Source: Alphaproteobacteria bacterium (lineage in GTDB: Bacteria; Pseudomonadota; Alphaproteobacteria; UBA828). From it: a DNA stretch of 64,000 nt. Under the pieces are notes generated by a model. It did not search any database, was not told the DNA's origin, and saw nothing but the letters and a program-made list of their open reading frames with translations. Location: NCBI GenBank assembly GCA_963667785.2, contig CAXXMU010000001.1:96001-160000 (forward strand), written 5' to 3'. The position numbers were made by a program, and so were the translations under genes. Shown here piece by piece: positions 1-12,037 of this stretch. Within the stretch, counting starts at the first letter, position 1. Each line of letters begins with the position of its first letter.

Positions 1-1
1 C

Positions 2-1483
2 GCCGAGGGCTACGGCATGACGATCACGGTCGAGGATGCGGAATCGTTCCAGGGCCTCATGGCGGGCACGATCGCGTCCTATCACCGGCTCGACGATCTC
101 GACGAGCCCAAGCTGCCGGTGAAGTATCCGCGCAGCCCCGGCTACCGCCCGCCGCCCGAGGAGAACCCCTACAACGCCTGGTACTGGAAGTCCGAGGTCA
201 AGGGTGCCAGCCGGGGGCCGCTCAAGGGCAAGAAGGTCGCGCTCAAGGACAATATCTGCCTGGCCGGCGTCCCGATGATGAACGGAGCGACGGTGCTCGA
301 GGGCTACGTGCCCGACATCGACGCGACCGTGGTGACGCGCATCCTCGATGCCGGCGGCACCATCGTCGGCAAGGCGGCCAACACCTACCTCTGCTTCGAC
401 GGCGGCAGCGCCACCACCGCCACCGGCATGGTCGATAACCCGCACAAGCGGGGCTACACCTGCGGCGGCTCGTCCGCCGGCAGCGGCGTGGTGGTGCTGA
501 CCGGCGAGGCCGACATGGCCTTGGGCGGCGACCAGGGCGGCTCGATCCGCATGCCGGCTTGCTGGAGCGGCATCTACGGGCACAAGCCCACCCATGGCCT
601 GGTGCCCTACACCGGGATCTTCCCCATCGAGCAGACCCTCGACCACACCGGCCCGATGGCGCGCTCGGTGAGCGACGTGGCGGCCCTGCTGCAGGTCATC
701 GCCGGGCCCGACGGGCAGGACCCGCGCCAGATCGGCACCAAGACCCAGCGCTACGTGAGCGCGGTGGACAAGGGCGCCGACGGCATGAAGATCGGCGTCG
801 TGAGGGAAGGCTTCGGCCATCCCGAGAGCGACGAGGCCGTCGACAGTTCCGTGCGCGCCGCGGTCCAGCGCTTCACCGAGCTCGGCGCCACGGTGGACGA
901 GATCTCGATCCCCATGCACCTGGACGGGCCGCACATCTGGAACGGCATCGCGGTCGAGGGCGCGACCGCGCTGATGCTGAAGGGCAACGGCTTCGGCACC
1001 AACTGGGAGGGCTACTACGCCACCTCGCTGATCGACGCCTACGCGCGGGGCTGGCGCTCGCGGCCGGACGACCTCTCCGAGACGGTGAAGCTGGTGATGA
1101 TGCTCGGCGAGTTCATGCACCGGAACTACCACGGCCGCTACTACGCCAAGGCGCAGAACCTGAGCCGCCGGCTGCGCGAGACCTATGACGCCTCGCTGGA
1201 GGAATACGACGTGCTGGCGATGCCGACGCTGCCGATGCTCGCGACCAAGCTGCCGGAGCCGGATTGCACGCGCGAGGAATATGTCGACGCCGCGCTGAAC
1301 ATGCTGGCGAACACCTGCCCGTTCGACGCCACCGGCCACCCGGCCATGACGGTGCCCTGCGGCAAGGCGGAGTCGTCGCCCATCGGCTTGATGCTGATCG
1401 GCAAGCGCTACGACGACGCGACCGTGATCCAGGCCGCCGGCGCCTTCGAGAGCCTGGGCGTCTACACGGTCTCGACCATGTAG
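2..1483 (+). CDS. Amidase (amidase-signature family), probably 5'-truncated by the window edge
   Basis: KDN lysine motif, GGSSAGS and GDQGGSIRMPA signature; the frame is open back to the window start, so the ATG at 17 may be internal. Confidence 0.9.
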   Translation, partial: AEGYGMTITVEDAESFQGLMAGTIASYHRLDDLDEPKLPVKYPRSPGYRPPPEENPYNAWYWKSEVKGASRGPLKGKKVALKDNICLAGVPMMNGATVLEGYVPDIDATVVTRILDAGGTIVGKAANTYLCFDGGSATTATGMVDNPHKRGYTCGGSSAGSGVVVLTGEADMALGGDQGGSIRMPACWSGIYGHKPTHGLVPYTGIFPIEQTLDHTGPMARSVSDVAALLQVIAGPDGQDPRQIGTKTQRYVSAVDKGADGMKIGVVREGFGHPESDEAVDSSVRAAVQRFTELGATVDEISIPMHLDGPHIWNGIAVEGATALMLKGNGFGTNWEGYYATSLIDAYARGWRSRPDDLSETVKLVMMLGEFMHRNYHGRYYAKAQNLSRRLRETYDASLEEYDVLAMPTLPMLATKLPEPDCTREEYVDAALNMLANTCPFDATGHPAMTVPCGKAESSPIGLMLIGKRYDDATVIQAAGAFESLGVYTVSTM

Positions 1484-1737
1484 CCCGTACCCGGCAGCCG
1501 GCCCCGCCGGCCGCACTTCTCAGGGGGCGCCTCCCGTCAAGGGCGGCGCCCCTTGTCTCGTCGCGGTCGCGGTATGAACTTCAGTACACCTCGGCAGCTG
1601 TGCAAGGTTGGCTGCCCGACGCCGATGCGACCGCCACCACCAAGCCGTGGCAGAAGCAAGAGGCCGCCGCCTAATCGTGAACCAACTGGCGGGACGGCAC
1701 CGTCAATCAAACGCCATCACGATTTATATAGCGGGCG

Positions 1738-3315
1738 TCACGATGATGCCTCGAACTGATTCAAATCCAAAATAGCCCGCCGGATCGAACGGTAGTCGTC
1801 CGGAGGCACCTCAACATATTGCGCCGTGTCATCAACAAAATCGTCCAGCTGCAGTAGGCCCAAAGGCGCTTTTGCAGTTGAAATCAGGTCAATATAGCAG
1901 CCAAAATCCAACTTGTACACATCGTACCGAATTCCGGGTTGATCACGAGCAGCAATATTCCGCTTCAAACTATGGAGCACGCGTGAATCAAAAAGTGAAT
2001 CAATAAGCGGGTGTCGAGTGTCACTCAAAAGCAAAAACGCCCTTGCACGCCGTTCGCCGATAACTTGATCAATTATCCACCGCAATAGGTTTAGCGCTTC
2101 GGGGCTTGAAGCGACTGCCGACTGCTTGTCGCGCTGATACCACGTGTTCGCGGCTGATCTGATGTCGGGAACGGAAATAGGGCCATCCAGCGCTTTTTGA
2201 GCTGCCAGAGCCATGATATTGATGGCATCCCTCGGCACGCCTTCCACCGCTCGAACAAACTCGTCAAATGCGTTTGACTGAGTAAATCCTCGGCGAATTA
2301 GCTCCCGCCGTGTGCTAGGTACGTCTTCATCGTCAGTTTCAGACGCGGATCGGAAATGTTTGAATAAGAACTCTGCAAAAAACTCTTTCGCCCGCTCAGC
2401 ATCGTTGTCGAAAACCATAAAGTCGTCCAAGTTTACGTCGGCGGTTGCATCTGCACCTAACTCTATGCCTACATAACCGCCATTTTCAGCTGGAACTCGA
2501 AATCGTGAGCGGTGCTCGATCGCTCCAATCTTCGTAGTAATCCCGGCGACAGGGAATATGCACCGGCGGATAAAGTCTGCCAAATAAGGCTGTAAATCAA
2601 GCGGCACGTCGCTCCATTCGTCTAAGACGATCCATATACGATTTGGTTTAAACAAACTGGCAAAATCAAACAAGGCGCGTTGGACGTCACCAAATATTAC
2701 TCGATGAGTAGCTATGCCGTGTTGCACTGTTCGGCCCAAATGTGATTTCGAAGTTTCAAATTCGGCCGCGGCAGATGCCCCTACACCCACGTTCGCGGAA
2801 GAAAATTCAACGGACAGGTTTGACCTTCCTTTATTGGTGGATTGTGCAGCTCTCTCGCTGGTTTCCTCTGTTGTGCCCACAACTCTTACATTACTGGCTG
2901 CATCCGCAAGTCTATCCAAGACAGGCCCAACTTGAGAAAGATTTAGCCTGTCGTCATTTTCTATGGAAAATGTTAGCAAGTGGTCATGAATGTTGAATAG
3001 CGTATCAACGAGCAGTCGAGTAGCTCGTTCAGAGATACTAATCGAAGAATCCGCATAAAGGCCGCCGGTCGAACCAATGGTGCGCATATCGACCAAAAAA
3101 CCAATGTCGCCGTCAGCTGTTTTCGTTTCGACTAGATAGGTTAGGGCATGAGTTTTTCCAGTTCCCCTTCGCCCATACATGACTTGATGATCTTGACTCG
3201 AAAGTAATGCAGACAACGGACCGGCATCCACAAAAGTATCGACCAGTTGCGTTGGTGCAACGGTTTCAGCGCGGCGAGTGAAGCGTAAGAGTACGTCGTT
3301 AATCGGCGATGGCAT
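1738..3315 (-). CDS. Uncharacterised P-loop ATPase (ORC/CDC6- or STAND-like), low-GC islet
   Basis: 525 aa; Walker A GRRGTGKT, Walker B IWIVLDEW; visibly AT-richer than the flanks. Confidence 0.8.
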   Translation of the reverse strand: MPSPINDVLLRFTRRAETVAPTQLVDTFVDAGPLSALLSSQDHQVMYGRRGTGKTHALTYLVETKTADGDIGFLVDMRTIGSTGGLYADSSISISERATRLLVDTLFNIHDHLLTFSIENDDRLNLSQVGPVLDRLADAASNVRVVGTTEETSERAAQSTNKGRSNLSVEFSSANVGVGASAAAEFETSKSHLGRTVQHGIATHRVIFGDVQRALFDFASLFKPNRIWIVLDEWSDVPLDLQPYLADFIRRCIFPVAGITTKIGAIEHRSRFRVPAENGGYVGIELGADATADVNLDDFMVFDNDAERAKEFFAEFLFKHFRSASETDDEDVPSTRRELIRRGFTQSNAFDEFVRAVEGVPRDAINIMALAAQKALDGPISVPDIRSAANTWYQRDKQSAVASSPEALNLLRWIIDQVIGERRARAFLLLSDTRHPLIDSLFDSRVLHSLKRNIAARDQPGIRYDVYKLDFGCYIDLISTAKAPLGLLQLDDFVDDTAQYVEVPPDDYRSIRRAILDLNQFEASS

Positions 3316-3367
3316 AAGACACGTCCACTGGTTTCAAAGCCTCGATTGCGAGTGACAGTTGGGAGCC

Positions 3368-3772
3368 TCAGCCGATGACGGCCGTGGCCTCGACCTCGCA
3401 GCGGACATCGGGCGAGTAGAGGGCCTGGACGCCCATCAGCGTCATCGACGGCGGCGTGTGGCCCGCGAAGAGCTTCCTGTTCGCTTCGTTGACCACCTCG
3501 CCTTCCTCCGGCCGGTAGTTGGCGACGTAGGTGTTCAGCCGGACGATGTCGGCCACCGTGCCGCCGGCCTCGGCGAGCACGCGGCGGATGTTCTCGTGCG
3601 CCTGGGCGAGCTGGGCGGCGAGGTCCGGCCCCACGGATTCGCTCTTCGCGTTCCAGCCCACCTGGCCGGAGAGATAGATCGTCTTGCCGCCCTCGGCCAC
3701 CACGGCGTGGCTGAGGCCGTAGGTGAGATAATCCGGCACGTTGTCGGGGTTGATGTGGGTGAGCGTGGCCAT
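3368..3772 (-). CDS. RidA/YjgF family protein
   Basis: IYLSGQVG and CEVEATA motifs, 134 aa, GAGGAG RBS upstream. Confidence 0.9.
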   Translation of the reverse strand: MATLTHINPDNVPDYLTYGLSHAVVAEGGKTIYLSGQVGWNAKSESVGPDLAAQLAQAHENIRRVLAEAGGTVADIVRLNTYVANYRPEEGEVVNEANRKLFAGHTPPSMTLMGVQALYSPDVRCEVEATAVIG

Positions 3773-3810
3773 GGGGTTCTCCTCGTTGGCGGGCGGCTGG
3801 CGCGCGCGTC

Positions 3811-5505
<1,695 letters not shown>

Positions 5506-5558
5506 CGTCCGTCCCTACCTCGTCCGGGCTGCCCGCCGCTGCGGGCAGGGAGCGCCGG

Positions 5559-5631
<73 letters not shown>

Positions 5632-5652
5632 GCTTCCCGGCACGCGCGCCTG

Positions 5653-5681
5653 TGTATAGGCCACGGCGCGGCGGCTGTCCA
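5653..5681 (-). promoter_or_regulatory. Putative sigma70 promoter of tRNA-Phe
   Basis: TGGACA-N17-TATACA on the minus strand just upstream of the tRNA. Confidence 0.55.
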
Positions 5682-5707
5682 TGCGCCGGGTACGGTCGTG
5701 GGCAGGG

Positions 5708-6673
5708 TCAGACGGCGAGGTACTGCAGGGCGGCGAAGGCGGCGTAGCCGAGCAGCAGCAGCACGCCGAAGGGCCGTCCCAGCCGGATGCCTGAGAGCAT
5801 CGCCGCGATCACCAGGCCGGTGATGCCCGCCAGCACCCAGATGTCGACGCGCATGATCTCGTCCGGCACCGGCAGCGGCGTCACCACGGTGACCACGCCC
5901 AGGATTGCCAGGATGTTGAACACGCTGGAGCCGAGCACGTTGCCGAGCGCGACCTCGGTGTGCTTGCGGTAGGCCGCGACCACGGTGGTCGCGAGTTCCG
6001 GCAGCGAGGTGCCGACCGCCACCACGGTGATGCCGATCACGGTCTCGGTGATCCCGAGGCCCCGCGCGATGATGGTGGCGGCGCCCACCATCAGGTGCGC
6101 GCCGAAGCTGACGGCGGCGAGCCCAAGCAGCGCGGCAAGCCCGGCGAGCCAGATCGGCCTCGGCAGGTGCTGGCGCTCCTCGGCCTCGTGCGCGTGGCGG
6201 CCGATCCCTTCCGCGCTGAGACGGCGCTCGTGCCAATAGGAGGCGCCGGTGACCAGCCCGAGCAGGACCAGCATCAGCGCGCCCTGCCAGGCGACGAGGG
6301 TGCCGAACGAGATGAACACCACGAGCAGCACGGTCGCGCCGACGAGCACCGCCGCATCCCGTGCCACCGCCCGCCGCGAGACCAGCACCGGCGAGATCGC
6401 GACGGCGAGGCCGAGGATGAGCATCAGGTTGGCGATGTTGCTGCCGATCACGTTGCCGAAGGCGATGCCGGTGGAGCCCCGGAGCGCGGCCTGCAGGGTG
6501 ACCACCAGCTCCGGCATCGAGGTGCCGAAGGCCACCACCGTCGCGCCGATCAGGAGCGGCGAGACGTGAAGCCGCCGGGCGAGCGAGACCGCGCCCCGCA
6601 CCAGCGCCTCACCGCCCACGAAGAGCAGAATGAACCCACCGATGAGCTGAATATGGGTCAGCGGGTCGAGCAT
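5708..6673 (-). CDS. Calcium/sodium antiporter (YrbG/CaCA family)
   Basis: Two alpha-repeats (GTSMPE/GSNIAN and GTSLPE/GSSVFN), hydrophobic; start MLDPLTH at 6673. Confidence 0.92.
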   Translation of the reverse strand: MLDPLTHIQLIGGFILLFVGGEALVRGAVSLARRLHVSPLLIGATVVAFGTSMPELVVTLQAALRGSTGIAFGNVIGSNIANLMLILGLAVAISPVLVSRRAVARDAAVLVGATVLLVVFISFGTLVAWQGALMLVLLGLVTGASYWHERRLSAEGIGRHAHEAEERQHLPRPIWLAGLAALLGLAAVSFGAHLMVGAATIIARGLGITETVIGITVVAVGTSLPELATTVVAAYRKHTEVALGNVLGSSVFNILAILGVVTVVTPLPVPDEIMRVDIWVLAGITGLVIAAMLSGIRLGRPFGVLLLLGYAAFAALQYLAV

Positions 6674-8109
6674 CGGCCCCCGCGGCTGCCGGCGGCGAGC
6701 GTGCCGCTCCGCTCCAGGACATAGCGCCCGCGTGGCTGGGTCCGGTCGGCGACGAGCGCGAGCGGAACGCCGAGCCAGCCTTCCAGAACGCCCTCGCCGG
6801 GGGCGGCCAGCGCCGCCAGCAGGGCCGGCGCCGCGTGGAGCGTCAGCGCCCGGGCGCCGCTCGCCACCTCGCGCCGGGCCGCGTTCGCCGCCTCGTGGGC
6901 CACCGCCTCGAGCCGCACCCGGCGGCCCTCGAGGGCGCCGCCCGCCGGCTCGGTCAGGGCCTCCAGCAGGCTCGGGCCGAGCCGCTGGCGGTTGACCTCC
7001 ACCACGCCGCCGGCGGTGACGCCGAGCACGCGATGGGGCACCCGGTCGGCCCGGAGCGCGCGCTTCAGGCCGGCGAGCTGGACCTCCCGGCGGCGCGGGG
7101 CGCCGCGGCCGGCGAAGTCGATCGCGATCAGCCCGCCGAGGGAGCGGAGGACGATCTCGCGGCCGACGGCCGCGGCGGTCTCTGCCGCGTCGGCGCTGGC
7201 TGCCCGGCTCGTGTCCACGTCGATCGCCGCGAGCGCGCGGGTCTCCTCGATCGTGAGCCGGGCGCCGCCGGCAAGCACCACCTCGGGCTCGAGCGCGGCC
7301 TGGAGCCGGCCGGCGCAATCGTGACGCTCGAAGAGGGGCGCCGGGGGCGGTGCCGCGTCGGCAGGGCCGAGCGCGGGCAGCAGATCGGGCGCCTCGCCGG
7401 CCGCCAGCCGGCGCGCCCGCTCGAGCGTCGCGTCGTCGTCGATCGCGATCTTGCGTATGCCCGGCGGCGCGGCGTCGCGCAGCAGCCGGCCCAGCAGGCC
7501 CCCGCCATGCCAGAGGCGCCGGGGCGTGGGATCGCGCGCCGCCGCGGCGCGGATCTCCTGCCAGCGCGCAGCCAGCGTCGTTGCGGCGTCCGGCACCGCG
7601 TCCGGGCAGGTGCCGGCGGCGGCCCTCACCGTCAGCGCACCGCCCGGCACTTCCGTCCCGTCGAGAGCCGCGCGGACGGCACGCCGGGCCGCAGGCTCGC
7701 GCAGGCGGCGCGAGAGGGCGATGCCCTGGCCGCCGGGGCGAAAGGCGACGGTGCGGCCGGCCAGCACCGGCCGCCGGCTCGCCCGCGCGCGCTTCCCGCC
7801 ATGGGCATCGCACACGATCTGCACGGCGAGGGGTGCATCGCCCGGCCCGCGTCCGCCGGCGCCCGGAAGGAAGGCCTCCTCGCCGTCGCCGATGTCGACG
7901 ATGCAGGCGTCGATGCCCGCCATCCGGCCCAGCACCCGGGCTGCGTGCACGTCGCCGAGGCCGCTCGGGCGCGTATGCCACTCGATGAAGAACGCCGCCG
8001 GCACGCCGTCCGCTACCGACGCCGCGCGGATGCCGTAGGGGCTCGCGTCGACGAGCAGCTCCTCCTGCGCCCCGTCGCCTGTAACGTCCCTCATCGCGCC
8101 GCTCGTCAC
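6658..8109 (-). CDS. Ribonuclease E/G family protein (RNase G-like)
   Basis: AIDVDT and LRSLGGLIAIDF motifs; GTG start overlaps the maf stop; usual position after maf. Confidence 0.8.
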   Translation of the reverse strand: MTSGAMRDVTGDGAQEELLVDASPYGIRAASVADGVPAAFFIEWHTRPSGLGDVHAARVLGRMAGIDACIVDIGDGEEAFLPGAGGRGPGDAPLAVQIVCDAHGGKRARASRRPVLAGRTVAFRPGGQGIALSRRLREPAARRAVRAALDGTEVPGGALTVRAAAGTCPDAVPDAATTLAARWQEIRAAAARDPTPRRLWHGGGLLGRLLRDAAPPGIRKIAIDDDATLERARRLAAGEAPDLLPALGPADAAPPPAPLFERHDCAGRLQAALEPEVVLAGGARLTIEETRALAAIDVDTSRAASADAAETAAAVGREIVLRSLGGLIAIDFAGRGAPRRREVQLAGLKRALRADRVPHRVLGVTAGGVVEVNRQRLGPSLLEALTEPAGGALEGRRVRLEAVAHEAANAARREVASGARALTLHAAPALLAALAAPGEGVLEGWLGVPLALVADRTQPRGRYVLERSGTLAAGSRGGRCSTR

Positions 8110-8714
8110 GTGTCCGCGCCGGCCGGACGGGGCGGCAGGCCGAGACCGGTCAGCAGCGCGTGGGTCTCGTGCAGGGGCAGGCCCACCACGTTGGAGTAGG
8201 AGCCGCCCATGAAACGGACGAAGGCCGCCGCCCGCCCCTGTATGGCGTAGCCGCCGGCCTTGCCCCGCCATTCGCCGCTCGCCAGATAGTCCGCCACCTC
8301 GCCCTCGGAGAGCCGCTTGAAGGTCACGGCGGTGCGCACCAGGCGGCTCGCCGCACGGCCTGCGGGGTCGATCACCGTGACCCCGCCCCAGACCCGGTGG
8401 CGCTTGCCCGAGAGGAGGACGAGGCAGGCCCGTGCGCTCTCCTCGCTCTGCGCCTTGTCCAGAATGCGCCTGCCGCAGGCGACCACCGTGTCGGCGCCGA
8501 GGACGAACGCGCCCGGATGGCGGGCAGCGACGGCCGCCGCCTTGGCGTGCGCGAGCCGGGCGGCGTGCGCCTCCGGCCGCTCGCCCCGCCGGGGCGTCTC
8601 GTCGAGCGCCGCCGGCTCGACCGTATCCGGCGCGTAGCCGATCTGCTCCAGCAGCGCACGGCGGCGGGGCGATGCCGAGGCGAGCACCAGAGGCGGGCGC
8701 GGCGGGGCAGGCAT
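8106..8714 (-). CDS. maf: Maf family nucleoside triphosphate pyrophosphatase
   Basis: LASASPRR, GADTVV, KAGGYAIQG, NVVGLP. Confidence 0.95.
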   Translation of the reverse strand: MPAPPRPPLVLASASPRRRALLEQIGYAPDTVEPAALDETPRRGERPEAHAARLAHAKAAAVAARHPGAFVLGADTVVACGRRILDKAQSEESARACLVLLSGKRHRVWGGVTVIDPAGRAASRLVRTAVTFKRLSEGEVADYLASGEWRGKAGGYAIQGRAAAFVRFMGGSYSNVVGLPLHETHALLTGLGLPPRPAGADT

Positions 8715-8716
8715 CG

Positions 8717-9163
8717 TCAGACCACCGGCGGGCGGTGCGGGCCGAAACGCTCGAGCAGCTGCGCCATGAGCCGGTCCCGCACGTCGCGGTAGGCGAGCAG
8801 TCTGGCCTCGCGGTTGCCCTCGACGATGCTGGGATCGAGGGTGTGCCAGAACTCGACCTCGCAGTGATCGGCGCGGGTGAGCTCGATCGCCCGGTGCTGG
8901 GCTTCCGGCGAGAGCGAGACGACCATGTCGAAGGCGCCGCTCTCCAGGTCGTCGAAGGTCTTGGGCCGGTGCTCGCCGATATCGATGCCGATCTCCGCCA
9001 TGACCAGTACCGCGAACGGATCACGGCTGCCGCCGCGCCGCACACCCGCCGAATCGACGAAGAGGCGGGTGCCGAAGAGGCTCTTCATCAGCCCTTCCGC
9101 CATGGGCGATCGCACGGAGTTCCACGTGCAGGCGAAGAGGATGCTGCCGGGGAGCCCGCCCAT
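8717..9163 (-). CDS. Low-molecular-weight phosphatase / ArsC-like protein
   Basis: CX5R P-loop CTWNSVRS, DSAG, DP motif. Confidence 0.88.
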   Translation of the reverse strand: MGGLPGSILFACTWNSVRSPMAEGLMKSLFGTRLFVDSAGVRRGGSRDPFAVLVMAEIGIDIGEHRPKTFDDLESGAFDMVVSLSPEAQHRAIELTRADHCEVEFWHTLDPSIVEGNREARLLAYRDVRDRLMAQLLERFGPHRPPVV

Positions 9164-9171
9164 GGACAGGC

Positions 9172-9657
9172 CTAGAGCCGGACGTGAAGCGCGTGGACGA
9201 GGGTGAAGAGCCGCCGCGCCGTGGTCTCGTCCATGTCGATCGCATCCGCCAGCTCGCTGCGGACGATCTCGGCGCCTTCGTTGTGGAAGGTGCGCCGGCC
9301 CATGTCGATCGCCTCGATGCGGGAGCGCGGCGCGGTTCTGATCGCCTCGTGATAGCTGTCGCAGATCGCCGCATAGTCGCGGAGCGTCTGGCGCAGCGAG
9401 GCGAGCAGCAGCACGGCCCGGGTCTGCGGTGCGCCGGAGTCGTCCTCCACGTGGAGGAGGAGACGCCCCTCCTCGCGGTCGATGCGCAGCCGGTAGGGGC
9501 CGCCCGAGCCGCCGACCGGAGCGAAGTGGTTCTCCTCCAGCAGGTCGTGGATGGCGATGCGGCGTTCGTGCTCGAGATCGGGGCCGCGGCGGAAGCCCGC
9601 GCCCGGATCGAGCACGACCTCGACCAGCCTGGCCGCGCCGGCAGGCTCCTGGCCCAT
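9172..9657 (-). CDS. UPF0262 family protein
   Basis: HERRIAIHDLLEEN and IEAIDMGRR; conserved position after hisD. Confidence 0.9.
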   Translation of the reverse strand: MGQEPAGAARLVEVVLDPGAGFRRGPDLEHERRIAIHDLLEENHFAPVGGSGGPYRLRIDREEGRLLLHVEDDSGAPQTRAVLLLASLRQTLRDYAAICDSYHEAIRTAPRSRIEAIDMGRRTFHNEGAEIVRSELADAIDMDETTARRLFTLVHALHVRL

Positions 9658-9661
9658 GCGC

Positions 9662-10963
9662 TCACCTCGACCCGCCGCCGAGCCTGAGCGCCACGGAGAG
9701 CGCGTGGGCGTGGAGGCCCTCGGCTTCGGCGAGCGTCACGGCCGCCGGGCCTATGTGCGCGAGGCTCGCGGCGTCGCAGCCGACGAAGGTCGTGCGCTTG
9801 AGGAAGTCCAGCGGCGAGAGGCCCGAGGAGAAGCGGGCGCTGCGGGCCGTCGGCAGGACATGGTTGGGGCCCGCCACATAGTCGCCGATCGCCTCCGGCG
9901 TGTGGCGGCCGAGGAAGATGGCGCCGGCGCTGGTCACGGCCTCGGCGAGCCGCGCCGGCTCGGCCACCGCGAGCTCCAGATGCTCCGGCGCGAGGCGATT
10001 GACCAGCGGCGGCGCCTCGTCGAGGGAGCGCAGCACGATGACTGCGCCGTGGCGGCGCCAGCTTGCGGCGGCGATGTTCGCGCGCGGGAGCCGCGCCAGG
10101 TGCGCCTCCGCCTCCTCCTCCACGCGCGCGGCGAAGGCTGCGTCGTCGGTCATCAGGATCGCCTGCGCGTCCGTGTCATGCTCAGCCTGGGAGAGCAGGT
10201 CCGCGGCGATCCAGTCGGGGTCGTTGGCGCCGTCGGCGACGACCAGGATCTCGGAGGGGCCGGCGATCATGTCGATGCCGACGGTGCCGAAGACCAGGCG
10301 CTTGGCAGCGGCGACCCAGGCGTTGCCGGGGCCCACGATCTTGTCGACCGCCGCGATCGTCTCGGTGCCGTGGGCGAGCGCGGCGATGGCCTGCGCTCCG
10401 CCGACCCGGTAGATCTCGGTGACGCCCGCGAGCGCGGCGGCGGCCATGACCACGGGCTCGAGCACGCCGTCCGGCGTCGGCACGACCATGGCGATCCGGC
10501 CGACGCCTGCGACCCGCGCGGGGATCGCGTTCATCAGCACGGTGCTGGGATAGGCGGCCGTGCCGCCGGGGACGTAGAGGCCGACCGCATCCAGCGCCCG
10601 CCAGCGCGCGCCCAGCCGGACCCCGGCATCGTCGCGGTAGTCGAGATCGGTCGGCATCAGGCGGGCGTGGAACGCCTCGATCCGCTGCGCGGCGTCCGCC
10701 AGCGCACGGCGCACCGGCTCGGGCGCGGCGGCGGCCCGCACCGCGACCTCGTCCGCAGACAGCCGGATCGTCTCCGGCGTGAGCGTGACGCGGTCGAAGC
10801 GCCGCGTGAAGTCGATCAGCGCCGCATCGCCGCCGTCGCGCACGGCGTCGACGATCGCCGCCGCCTCGCGGTCGACGTCGTCCGCGACCCCCCGCCGGGC
10901 CGCGAGCAGGGCGTCGAAGGCCGCGGCGAAGCCGGCGCCCGCGCTATCCAGCCGCCGCGCCAT
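9662..10963 (-). CDS. hisD: Histidinol dehydrogenase
   Basis: [39 protein letters not shown]. Confidence 0.97.
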   Translation of the reverse strand: MARRLDSAGAGFAAAFDALLAARRGVADDVDREAAAIVDAVRDGGDAALIDFTRRFDRVTLTPETIRLSADEVAVRAAAAPEPVRRALADAAQRIEAFHARLMPTDLDYRDDAGVRLGARWRALDAVGLYVPGGTAAYPSTVLMNAIPARVAGVGRIAMVVPTPDGVLEPVVMAAAALAGVTEIYRVGGAQAIAALAHGTETIAAVDKIVGPGNAWVAAAKRLVFGTVGIDMIAGPSEILVVADGANDPDWIAADLLSQAEHDTDAQAILMTDDAAFAARVEEEAEAHLARLPRANIAAASWRRHGAVIVLRSLDEAPPLVNRLAPEHLELAVAEPARLAEAVTSAGAIFLGRHTPEAIGDYVAGPNHVLPTARSARFSSGLSPLDFLKRTTFVGCDAASLAHIGPAAVTLAEAEGLHAHALSVALRLGGGSR

Positions 10964-11609
10964 TCACCGCCTCGCGAAAGCGCTCGATCCAGGCCTGGAG
11001 CGCGCCGGCCTGCGTCTTGAGCGCGGTGCGGTTGACCACCAGCCGGGCGGAGACGTCGGCGATGTGCTCCACCTCGACCAGGCCGTTGGCCCTGAGCGTC
11101 GCGCCGCTGCCGACCAGGTCGACGATCCTGCGGCAGAGCCCGAGCCCCGGCGCCAGCTCCATGGCGCCGTTGAGCTTGATGCACTCGGCCTGCACGCCGC
11201 GCGCGGCGAAGTGGCGGCGCGTCACGTGCGGATACTTGGTGGCGACCCGCACGTGGGACCAGCGCGACGGATCGTCCCCGTCGGCCAGCGCCGCCGGCTC
11301 CGCCACCACCATCCGGCAGAGCCCGATACCGAGATCGAGCGGCGCATAGATCTCGCGGTAGTCGAATTCCATCAGCACGTCGTTGCCGACGACCCCGAGC
11401 TGGGCCGCGCCGAAGGCGACGAAGGTGGCGACGTCGAAGCTGCGGACCCGGATCAGGTCGAGCCCGCGCTCCGAGGTGGCGAAACGGAGCTGGCGCGCGC
11501 CTTCGTCGGCGAAAGCGTCTTCCGGCTCGATGCCCGCGCGCCTGAGCAGCGGCGCGAGCTCGCGCGCGATCCTGCCCTTGGGCAGCGCCAGCAGCATGCC
11601 ATCGCTCAC
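10944..11609 (-). CDS. hisG: ATP phosphoribosyltransferase (short form)
   Basis: [34 protein letters not shown]; 221 aa. Confidence 0.95.
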   Translation of the reverse strand: MSDGMLLALPKGRIARELAPLLRRAGIEPEDAFADEGARQLRFATSERGLDLIRVRSFDVATFVAFGAAQLGVVGNDVLMEFDYREIYAPLDLGIGLCRMVVAEPAALADGDDPSRWSHVRVATKYPHVTRRHFAARGVQAECIKLNGAMELAPGLGLCRRIVDLVGSGATLRANGLVEVEHIADVSARLVVNRTALKTQAGALQAWIERFREAVNGAAAG

Positions 11610-12037
11610 GACACCGCCTCCCGTTCGCCCGCGAACGCCGCGTGCGGCTCCTCCAAATCCTCGAGGCGGCAGTCGAGACGGTCGGCCTCGAGCCAGACCT
11701 CGGCGTCGCTCTCGAAGAGAAGCCGGATGACGGCACCGTGCCGGCCGGGCTCGGCGACGATGCCCGCGAGCCGCAGCAGCCGCGTCGGCTGCGCGCGGTC
11801 GATGCCGCGCTGCCTGACCGCCGACACCGCGTCGAAGCGGATGGCAGCAGCGGCCTGGCCGGCGGGTCCGCCGGCCTCCCTGCGGCAGCGGCGCACGGCG
11901 ATCGCCGCGAAGCGCTCGTCTGCAGGCACGAAGGCCATCTCGCCCACCGCGAAGACGGCGTCCTGCAGGCAGGCGGAGATCACGGCGAGATCGCCGTCAT
12001 CTTCCGCACGCAGCCTCAGTCGCTCCGGCGCCGTCAA
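11606..12037 (-). CDS. DUF2948 family protein
   Basis: [19 protein letters not shown]; TTG start overlaps the murA stop. Confidence 0.85.
   Translation of the reverse strand: MTAPERLRLRAEDDGDLAVISACLQDAVFAVGEMAFVPADERFAAIAVRRCRREAGGPAGQAAAAIRFDAVSAVRQRGIDRAQPTRLLRLAGIVAEPGRHGAVIRLLFESDAEVWLEADRLDCRLEDLEEPHAAFAGEREAVS

Noticed and set aside
1484-1737. Short ORFs after the amidase (1553-1759 and a frame ending QKQEAAA at 1674)
   Set aside because: No RBS or recognisable motif; could be a gene remnant at the islet edge but cannot be supported.
5556-5558. tRNA-Phe ends in CCG instead of CCA, suggesting a pseudo-tRNA
   Set aside because: The cloverleaf and promoter are intact, and many bacteria add CCA post-transcriptionally.
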